Below, piece after piece: positions 19,887 to 27,788 of a DNA stretch of 64,000 bases; position 1 is the first letter of the stretch, and every line of letters starts with the position of its first letter. The position numbers and the translations under genes were made by a program. The notes beneath the pieces are model-generated. The model did no database searches and was not told the DNA's origin. It worked only from the letters and a program-made list of their open reading frames with translations. The stretch is from Promethearchaeati archaeon (lineage in GTDB: Archaea; Asgardarchaeota; Heimdallarchaeia; Heimdallarchaeales; Heimdallarchaeaceae), in NCBI GenBank assembly GCA_013166775.1, contig JABLTJ010000003.1, positions 96,001 through 160,000 of the forward strand, written 5' to 3'.

Positions 19887-20669
19887 GTGATTATGATGGC
19901 AAAGACAGAGAAAACACACACACAACTTGCAGTAGCAAGCGAAGTTGTTGCTGATTCAGCTGAACTTATTATTGAGATTAAAGACCTTTGGAGAAAATTC
20001 TTTGAAGACACTCCTGCAGAAGTACAGGCACTACGAGGAGTAAATTTCAGAGTTGAAAGAGGTGAATTTATAACAATAATGGGGCCTAGTGGAAGTGGTA
20101 AAAGCACTCTTTTAACAATACTTGGTTGTATGGCTCCAGCAACAAGTGGTCAAGTATATATTGATGGAACTGAGATAACAGAAATGAGTCAACGAAAATT
20201 AAGTGAAATCAGAAAAGAGAAAATAGGGTTTGTTTTTCAAGACATATTCTTAATTGAAACAATTTCAGCACTTGATAATGTTCTCTTACCTCTTTTACCA
20301 TATGGTATAACTAAAGAAGATCGACAAAGAGCAATAGAGCTTATGAAGACTGCAGGTCTTGACGATCGTATGAAGCACAAACCAACAGAATTATCTGGTG
20401 GTCAAAAACAGCGTGTAGCGATATGCCGGGCATTGATTAATGATCCCCCAATCGTTCTAGCAGATGAGCCAACAGGTAATCTAGATTCTCAAACAGGTGG
20501 AGAAATTCTGGAACTCCTTAGAAAGCTTAATTATGAAAAAAGAATAACAATTCTAGCTGTTTCTCACGATCCTAAACTTGCTGAATTCTCTTCCAGAGAT
20601 GTTATGATTACAGATGGAGAAATAACCAGAGATAGGATTAATCCATTTAGAGATCACAATTTGAGCTAG
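19887..20669 (+). CDS. LolD/MacB-type ABC transporter ATP-binding protein
   Basis: GPSGSGKST, LSGGQKQRV, LADEPTGNLD, SHD. Confidence 0.93.
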   Translation: MIMMAKTEKTHTQLAVASEVVADSAELIIEIKDLWRKFFEDTPAEVQALRGVNFRVERGEFITIMGPSGSGKSTLLTILGCMAPATSGQVYIDGTEITEMSQRKLSEIRKEKIGFVFQDIFLIETISALDNVLLPLLPYGITKEDRQRAIELMKTAGLDDRMKHKPTELSGGQKQRVAICRALINDPPIVLADEPTGNLDSQTGGEILELLRKLNYEKRITILAVSHDPKLAEFSSRDVMITDGEITRDRINPFRDHNLS

Positions 20670-20676
20670 ATGAAAA

Positions 20677-21639
20677 ATGACCACAGATTATCAAACCACC
20701 ATCAGGAAATACGAAGAGCGATTTATCAGAAAGCTAGGAGAAGTTGCTATTCTTCTCCACCTCTCAAAAACTCCTGAAGGATCTCATGCTTATGAACTGA
20801 GATCACAAGCTTCTGAAATACTCTTCGAAAGAAGAAAGATAGGCTCAGAATTCCTCCAAGATGTTCTGGAAATTCTTGAGGAAATCGCGAAAATTCATTC
20901 TGAAAAGGAAAAGGCTTCTGAGGAGACAACCAAATCTGAAGAAATTTTGAAGAGATTAGATAACTACCCAATCATTAGATTCAATATCAGGATTCAAAAA
21001 CTAGTACTGGAACATGATTTAGTAACCTCAGAGGATATTGATTATCTTAATGAAATAATCGATTCTCTAAGGATTTTAGATAAAGAAATGCATGATTCTA
21101 CAGAAATTTGGACTAATATTACTAGTATCTATCCTGCTATTGAATCCTTAGAGAAAAATGAATTAATAGTGCTTGATAGAGAAGTACCTGAAGCAGGTCG
21201 TTTAAAGAAAATCTACAAAATCACTAAATTAGGAAGAGATTCAGTAGAGAGGGTGATGTTTCTATTAATGGACATATTATCTTATGTACTTGAGACAGAA
21301 GGAAGACATATTCTTTTTGGTGAGAGAAGTATTTTCTCATCCAAAATTGTCCCTTTCAGAAACTTACTAGAAAAACTAATAGATGGTTTAAATCCAGATT
21401 TCCGAAGAGAAATGTTTTCTTTTAAAGGAAAAACGCAAGATAGCTCATTTATTAATATGATGACAGCTCAAATGGCTGCAGTTCCAATGTTAAATATGCT
21501 TGTTCGTTTTCCTAAACGTATGAAAGAGCAATTGGAGTCAATGGAAACTGAAGAAGAGAAGAAGATGATAAGATCGTTTATGAAGAGAAAATTAACTGAA
21601 CAAAGAGATATGATAAACCAGATGTTGAAGGAGCTGTAA
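20677..21639 (+). CDS. PadR-like winged-helix regulator with a large internal insertion
   Basis: LGEVAILLHLSKTPEGSHAYEL and SIYPAIESLEKNELI...GRLKKIYKITKLGR separated by about 100 aa. Confidence 0.65.
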   Translation: MTTDYQTTIRKYEERFIRKLGEVAILLHLSKTPEGSHAYELRSQASEILFERRKIGSEFLQDVLEILEEIAKIHSEKEKASEETTKSEEILKRLDNYPIIRFNIRIQKLVLEHDLVTSEDIDYLNEIIDSLRILDKEMHDSTEIWTNITSIYPAIESLEKNELIVLDREVPEAGRLKKIYKITKLGRDSVERVMFLLMDILSYVLETEGRHILFGERSIFSSKIVPFRNLLEKLIDGLNPDFRREMFSFKGKTQDSSFINMMTAQMAAVPMLNMLVRFPKRMKEQLESMETEEEKKMIRSFMKRKLTEQRDMINQMLKEL

Positions 21640-21694
21640 ATTAACTCAAAAGGAATCTGAGCAAATGGTAATTCCATTCCAGAAAGAAACAAAA

Positions 21695-22720
21695 TTAGGG
21701 TTTAATTACTGTTCTAAAATCAGCTTTAAATTCTTTCAACTGATGATGAATCTCATTAATAGCATCAGCGTCTAAAGGAACAGTTTTTGTTACAACTTTA
21801 GTTAGATCTAATTTTCCTTGTTCAGCAAGATTTAACAAGAAAGGTATTTCGGATAGCAAATGATCAGAAACTCCAATTATCTCTTTTTCTCTACAAATCG
21901 CTTCATAAGAATTGACATCAAATGTTTTTGCAGTGATGCCAACTAATCCTAATCTACCGAATCTAGCCAATGATCTAACACCTTGATCCATAGTTAATGG
22001 AAGACCAATCAGCTCTAATGCAACATCAACACCCTCTTCATTAGTTAACTCCATTAATTTATGAATAGGATCATTATTCTTAGCATTTATTGGAATAGCT
22101 CCCATTTCTTCCGCTGTTTCTAGTTTTCCTGAATCGATGTCTATCGCATAAATCTCTCTTGCTCCAAAAGCTTTAGCTAATTGGAGTGCAGATATTCCCA
22201 ATCCTCCTAACCCATAAATAGCTAATGTTTCTCCTGGTTTGAAACGAGTTTTTCTAAGTGCATGAAGCGAAGTTGAAGAAGAGCACATCATAACAGATGC
22301 GTGTTCAAATGAAAGAGAATCAGGTAATTTGAAAATTCCTCGAGTAGGAACAGCAATATATTCAGCATATCCTCCATCAACATTCTTCCCGATCATTTCC
22401 CCTATAATACAGAATTGTTCAGTCCCTTGAACACAGTATTTGCATTTTCCACAGGTGATCATGTAATTGAGACAAACCCGATCTCCGACTTTGAAATCAG
22501 AAACATTAGATCCTAGTTTTTCAATCTCTCCTGCAACCTCATGTCCTAATGTTATTGGAAGAGAACCAACAAAGGAAATACCATCTCTATAATGAACATC
22601 AGAATGGCAAATACCAGCAGCTTTTATTCGAATTAAAACTTCATCAGGCTTAGGTTCTGGAGTTGGAATTTCTCGATTCTCTAAATCTTTGTCGATTTCA
22701 ATCAACTGAACAGCTTTCAT
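21695..22720 (-). CDS. Zinc-dependent alcohol dehydrogenase (MDR family)
   Basis: GICHSD, GHE, CGKCKYC..GTEQFC, GLGGLG; start taken as the ATG at 22720. Confidence 0.92.
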   Translation of the reverse strand: MKAVQLIEIDKDLENREIPTPEPKPDEVLIRIKAAGICHSDVHYRDGISFVGSLPITLGHEVAGEIEKLGSNVSDFKVGDRVCLNYMITCGKCKYCVQGTEQFCIIGEMIGKNVDGGYAEYIAVPTRGIFKLPDSLSFEHASVMMCSSSTSLHALRKTRFKPGETLAIYGLGGLGISALQLAKAFGAREIYAIDIDSGKLETAEEMGAIPINAKNNDPIHKLMELTNEEGVDVALELIGLPLTMDQGVRSLARFGRLGLVGITAKTFDVNSYEAICREKEIIGVSDHLLSEIPFLLNLAEQGKLDLTKVVTKTVPLDADAINEIHHQLKEFKADFRTVIKP

Positions 22721-22849
22721 AATTAGGTTTAACACCTATCGTATTTAAATTATTTTTCGACTTTAGATAAAAAGTATCCTAAATCATTGAAATCTTGATT
22801 ATCCTCTTAAAAAGGGAAAATTCTTATGAAAGTAAGATATTGTAAAATT

Positions 22850-24142
22850 ATGAAGGCTATAATCAATGTAAAAATATATGATTATGAGACTTATATTGAA
22901 GATGGTTATTGTATTTACGGTAAAGAAATCATTGAAGTTGGAGAAATGAAGAACTTTCCTGATTTTGATGATGAAATTATTAATGGGAAAAACAAAATCC
23001 TTCTCCCTGGTTTAATCAATTTCCACACTCATATTTATTCAACACTCATCCGTGGAGCTTCAATTCCGTTTAATCCTAAGACTTTTAGAGACATTCTAGA
23101 GCAGCTCTGGTGGAAATTTGATAGTAAGCTAGATAATAATGCTACATTCCACAGTGCAATGGTTTATGGTTTAGAATCTCTAAAGAATGGTGTCACATCG
23201 CTAATTGATCATCATGCAAGTGGTATAGATATTATCGGTAGTCTTGATGCGTTAAAGAGTGCAATTGTTGATAAATTAGGTATGCGTGGTATATTTTGTT
23301 TTGAAACAAGTGATCGTTTCAATATGGAAGAATGTATAAAGGAAAACTTAGCAGGACTGAAATTTAATTCTTCTGACGCTAGAGGAATGTTTGGTTTGCA
23401 TGCTTCTATGAGTCTTTCAGAAGAAACCCTGGATAAAGTTTCTAGGGTTCTAAAAGGAGCTCCCATCCATGTTCATGTAGCTGAAAGCATAGAAGATGAA
23501 GAAGATTCTATTGATAAATACAGAGTGAGAGTTATCAATCGTTATCTCAATTATGGACTTTTGAATAAAGATTCTATCCTCGCTCATTGCGTTCATATTA
23601 ATGAAGATGAAGCTAATTTTATTAGCCAAAATAAAGCTGTTATTGCTCTTAATCCGACATCTAATATGAATAATGCAGTTGGAGCTTTCAATATTGATCT
23701 CTTCAGAAATAATAAAATTCCGATACTTATAGGAAACGATGGACTTGGGACAAACATTGCAAAAGAATGGACATATTTCTTCTTTGCAGGTAAAGCTGGA
23801 ATAAAAGATGCTGCTGGTATTGGTTTTGATGAATTGTTAAAATACATTAATGATTCTTATGATTATTTTAGTCGCCAAATGGGTATAAAGATTGGAAAAA
23901 TCAAAAATGGGTACGTAGCTGATTTTGTTCTAGTTCCATATCTTAATCCTACAAAAATGGATGAAAGCAATGCTTTTGGTCATGTATTCTTTGGTTTGTT
24001 TGACAATTTCAAACCATCTTGTGTGATAGTAAAAGGTAAGACTCTGATAGAGAATTACAAGAGTATTTTCGATGAGGAAACATTATATAAGAACGCTCAT
24101 ATGGCTTCTAAAGCCTTATGGGAAAGGTTAGGAGCTGCCTAA
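22850..24142 (+). CDS. ssnA: SsnA-like amidohydrolase
   Basis: PGLINFHTHIYS, ILEQLWWKFD, GVTSLIDHHAS, CFETSDR, FGLHAS, HVHVAES, NPTSNMNNAVG. Confidence 0.82.
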   Translation: MKAIINVKIYDYETYIEDGYCIYGKEIIEVGEMKNFPDFDDEIINGKNKILLPGLINFHTHIYSTLIRGASIPFNPKTFRDILEQLWWKFDSKLDNNATFHSAMVYGLESLKNGVTSLIDHHASGIDIIGSLDALKSAIVDKLGMRGIFCFETSDRFNMEECIKENLAGLKFNSSDARGMFGLHASMSLSEETLDKVSRVLKGAPIHVHVAESIEDEEDSIDKYRVRVINRYLNYGLLNKDSILAHCVHINEDEANFISQNKAVIALNPTSNMNNAVGAFNIDLFRNNKIPILIGNDGLGTNIAKEWTYFFFAGKAGIKDAAGIGFDELLKYINDSYDYFSRQMGIKIGKIKNGYVADFVLVPYLNPTKMDESNAFGHVFFGLFDNFKPSCVIVKGKTLIENYKSIFDEETLYKNAHMASKALWERLGAA

Positions 24143-25222
24143 ATGGATCTTTCAGTAAAATTACTTGGTCTTGACTTTGAAAATCCCCTTGGACCCGCTG
24201 CTGGTCCTCTTGTTGAAGGACTAGAAAACATGCAGTTTTTTAACAATAATTCATGCGGTTATAATGTTGCCAAGACAATATCTGTTGAAGGAGCAATTGT
24301 TCCAAAACCTTGTATTGCTGGAACTACACAAGCAATTTATAATTGCGAACTTTGGTCTGAACATCATTCGGATGTTTGGATAAACGAAATTCTACCAACA
24401 CTTCAGAAAGAGAAGAAGAAACCAATAATTATCAGTGCTGGATATAAAGAAGAAGATTTTAGATATCTCATTCCGAAGCTTGATTCTTTTGCTGATATGT
24501 TTGAAATTTCTACTCATTATGTTTCAGAAGATTTACTTCCTGGTATAGTAAAAAGCATCAGAGAGAACACTGAAAAACCTGTTTTTATGAAACTTAGTCC
24601 GCATATAGATGATTTTATTGGTTTTGTGAAAACAGTTATCGATGCAGGTGCAACAGGCATTGTTGCTATTAATTCATTAGGTCCAGGAACAGCTATAGAT
24701 TTGAAAGCTCGTTCCGTACTTCTTGCTGAACAAATTTGGATGAGTGGTCCACCAATAAAACCAATCGCTCTTCATAGAATCTACAACATTAGAAAAGAAT
24801 TTCCTGACATTCCTATCATAGGTGTAGGTGGAATAGGGAAGGCTGAAGATGTTCTTGAGTTCATTCTTGCTGGTGCTGATCTTGTTCAGATGCTTTCATC
24901 AGCTCTGATTAAAGGAAGAGGATTATATGATAAGATAATCAAGGATTTACCAAAAGCTCTTGAAAAATATGGATTTAATTCGATTGAAGAAATCAGGCAA
25001 GTTAGGAAAGCAACCATTTTCAAAGATATCGATACAGCTGTTGATAATCATCCATCTTTCAATGAAAAATGTACTATGTGTATGATTTGTGTGAAAATCT
25101 GCCCTGCTGGAGCTTTGTCAGCTGCTGAAGAAAGAATTGTTGTCGATAAGGAAAAATGTATTCACTGTGGACTTTGTGAAAGTCGTTGTCCTGTAGACGC
25201 TATTTATGGAGTGCTTAGATGA
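24143..25222 (+). CDS. Dihydroorotate/dihydropyrimidine dehydrogenase-like FMN protein with a C-terminal 2x[4Fe-4S] domain (PreA-like)
   Basis: NP...AAGP, KT, NCELWSE, MKLSP, SGPPIKPIAL, GVGGI; CTMCMICVKICP and CIHCGLCESRCP. Confidence 0.8.
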   Translation: MDLSVKLLGLDFENPLGPAAGPLVEGLENMQFFNNNSCGYNVAKTISVEGAIVPKPCIAGTTQAIYNCELWSEHHSDVWINEILPTLQKEKKKPIIISAGYKEEDFRYLIPKLDSFADMFEISTHYVSEDLLPGIVKSIRENTEKPVFMKLSPHIDDFIGFVKTVIDAGATGIVAINSLGPGTAIDLKARSVLLAEQIWMSGPPIKPIALHRIYNIRKEFPDIPIIGVGGIGKAEDVLEFILAGADLVQMLSSALIKGRGLYDKIIKDLPKALEKYGFNSIEEIRQVRKATIFKDIDTAVDNHPSFNEKCTMCMICVKICPAGALSAAEERIVVDKEKCIHCGLCESRCPVDAIYGVLR

Positions 25223-26430
25223 CAACGTATATTCTAAGGTGTATAACCTGCAAAAAGGAATTTGATTCCCAACCAGGTCTCTATTATTGTGAAGATTGTG
25301 GGAAAATAATGGGGACTTTGGAGGTTGTTTATGACTATGAATCTATTAAAGAAGATCCGGTTGTAAGAGAGAAGAAATTTGATAAAAAAGCTTCAATGTA
25401 TCAATTCAGTTTTCTTTTACCCACTATATCAAAACTGCAACTCGATGAGTATGTTGGAGGTACTCCTCTGTATAAGTTTGATCTTCTTGGTATGAAAGAT
25501 GTACTCGTTAAGTATGATGGTTCTAATCCTTCTAGTTCTTACAAAGATCGAGCAAGCTCTATTGCAATTAACAAAGCTATAGATGAGGGTAATGATATTC
25601 TGTTTTGCGCATCTACTGGTAATGCAGCAGCATCATTAGCAATGCTTAATGCATATACTGATATGAAAACATACATTTTCGTTCCTGCAGCAATACCTGA
25701 TGGTAAAAGAGCTCAACTTGAAATATCAGGTGCAGAAGTATATGCAGTTGAAGGGACCTATGATGAGGTTTATGACTTATCCCTTGATTTAGGTCTCGAA
25801 AAAGGATGGTATTGTAGACACGCTGCAATTAATCCCTATCTTCTAGAAGGAAAGAAAACAGGAGCTTTCGAAATAGTAATTCAAAATGATTTTGAGGTTC
25901 CTGATTACGTTTTCATTGGTGTTGGTGATGGAACAGTTGTTAGTTCTCTTTACAAAGGATTTTGGGAGTTTAGAGAAATTGGCTTAACAGACAAAATTCC
26001 AAAAATAATTGGTGTTCAAGCTGAAGGAATTCCGGCGATAAAGGAAGCTTTTGAAAAAGGAAAACCATACAAACCTATTGCAATTGATGGGAGTACAGTA
26101 GCTGATAGTATATCAGTAGGAAAACCCAGAGATGTCATCAAAGCATGCACTTATGTTGAGGCTAGTAATGGATTTTTCATATCTCTCACAGATGATGAGA
26201 TTCTCGATGCAATTAAAGAGTTAGGAAAAACAGGAATATTTGCAGAACCAGCTGGAGCTGTACCATACGGAGGGCTGAAAAAACTTATTTACGAAGAAAA
26301 AATCACTGAATCAGACACTGTTTGTTTAGTTATTACTGGAAATGGACTAAAAGATGTCAATGCAGTTAAAGACGCGATTAGTAAAACAATATTCACTACT
26401 GAAGAAGTAATTAAAAGGTTTGAAGAATGA
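25219..26430 (+). CDS. Threonine-synthase-like fold-type II PLP enzyme
   Basis: N-terminal CxxC..CxxC, NPSSSYKDR, ASTGNAA, EGKKT, GVGDG, EPAGA, ITGNGLK; ATGA overlaps on both sides. Confidence 0.85.
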   Translation: MTTYILRCITCKKEFDSQPGLYYCEDCGKIMGTLEVVYDYESIKEDPVVREKKFDKKASMYQFSFLLPTISKLQLDEYVGGTPLYKFDLLGMKDVLVKYDGSNPSSSYKDRASSIAINKAIDEGNDILFCASTGNAAASLAMLNAYTDMKTYIFVPAAIPDGKRAQLEISGAEVYAVEGTYDEVYDLSLDLGLEKGWYCRHAAINPYLLEGKKTGAFEIVIQNDFEVPDYVFIGVGDGTVVSSLYKGFWEFREIGLTDKIPKIIGVQAEGIPAIKEAFEKGKPYKPIAIDGSTVADSISVGKPRDVIKACTYVEASNGFFISLTDDEILDAIKELGKTGIFAEPAGAVPYGGLKKLIYEEKITESDTVCLVITGNGLKDVNAVKDAISKTIFTTEEVIKRFEE

Positions 26431-27788
26431 AATTTATATTGAATCAAAAAGTCATGGAAACAGGTGAATCACCAAGTTTCCATACACTTGATTTCCTAAG
26501 AAAGATTGGAATAAAAGGAGTAAAGGAAGGGTGTCATGAGGGAGATTGTGGGGCATGCATGGTTTTGATCGGGGAGCTCAAAGATAGCCAAGTCAAATAC
26601 AAAGCTATGAATTCATGCATACTTCCATTAGGTAGGATTGAAGGTAAGCATGTAGTAACAATCGAGGGATTGAATCTAAAAGAAAAATTGAATCCTATCC
26701 AACAAGCACTTTTTGATGAAGGTGGAGTACAATGTGGTTACTGTACACCAGGTTTTGTCATTGCTTTAATGGCTTATTTCATGAACATAGATCTTGAGGA
26801 CACAGAAATCATTACAGCAGTTGAAGGAAATATTTGCAGATGCACCGGATATAATTCAATTTTACGTGCTGCAGAAAAAGCTTCCAATGTTATCTCATCT
26901 TTAGATGATTCAGAAGGAAGGATTGCTGCACTTATAAAAGCAGATTATCTACCTAGTTATTTTTCTGGAATAATCAATCAATTAAAAGACATACAAATCG
27001 AACCTCAGCCAGAAAAAGGAACTTACGTAGCTGGAGGAACTGATCTGTTTGTTAACAGACAAACTGCTGAAAATCCAATATTTTTAGCAGAATTAGGTTT
27101 TGATAAAATCTGGTCAAATGAATCTCATGTCTATGTTGGTGCAGCAGCTGATATAGAAACTATACGAACGTCTGAAGAGTTAAACTTTCTTTTTGATACT
27201 GCACATCATCTAGCGAGAGTATCATCACTTCCAATACGACAACAAGCAACTATTGGTGGAAATGTAGTAAATGCTTCTCCTATAGGTGATCTTACAATTT
27301 ATTTTCTTGCTCTTGATGCTGAAATTGGTCTTGTTTTGGGAGAAGATAAACGAATTATGAAACTCAAAGATTTCTTCAAAGGCTATAAAATTCTAGAGCT
27401 TCAAGATAGAGAAATAGTAGAATGGTTCCGAATTAAAAAAGAGAAAAAACTGCTTTCTTTTGAAAAAGTAGCAAAAAGAATGCATATGGATATTGCGAGT
27501 GTAAACAGCGCATTATCACTCAAAATTGAAGATAAGAAGATTAAGGAACCTCACCTATCTGGAGGAGGTATCGGACCAATTCCAATGTATCTTGAAAAAG
27601 CTTCACAATACCTTGAGAACAAAGAAATATCCTCTGAAGTAGTTAAAGAAGCTGCTAGAATAGCTGATACAGAAATAAATCCAATTGATGATGTCAGAGG
27701 AAGTGCAAAGTACAAGCGATTACTCCTCAGACAATTGATTTATGCTCATTTTGTGAAACTTTTTCCTGAATTGGAGGTGTCTTTATGA
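26427..27788 (+). CDS. xdhA: Xanthine dehydrogenase small subunit ([2Fe-2S] + FAD)
   Basis: KEGCHEGDCGAC, QCGYCTPG, GNICRCTGY, AGGTD, ATIGGNVVNASPIGD, PIDDVRGSAKY. Confidence 0.9.
   Translation: MKFILNQKVMETGESPSFHTLDFLRKIGIKGVKEGCHEGDCGACMVLIGELKDSQVKYKAMNSCILPLGRIEGKHVVTIEGLNLKEKLNPIQQALFDEGGVQCGYCTPGFVIALMAYFMNIDLEDTEIITAVEGNICRCTGYNSILRAAEKASNVISSLDDSEGRIAALIKADYLPSYFSGIINQLKDIQIEPQPEKGTYVAGGTDLFVNRQTAENPIFLAELGFDKIWSNESHVYVGAAADIETIRTSEELNFLFDTAHHLARVSSLPIRQQATIGGNVVNASPIGDLTIYFLALDAEIGLVLGEDKRIMKLKDFFKGYKILELQDREIVEWFRIKKEKKLLSFEKVAKRMHMDIASVNSALSLKIEDKKIKEPHLSGGGIGPIPMYLEKASQYLENKEISSEVVKEAARIADTEINPIDDVRGSAKYKRLLLRQLIYAHFVKLFPELEVSL

Noticed and set aside
11187-25222. De novo pyrimidine biosynthesis (pyrB/pyrC/pyrD)
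   Set aside because: The pyrB-like gene is truncated, the amidohydrolase is hydantoinase-type, the DHODH-like protein lacks the catalytic Cys, and the context is catabolic
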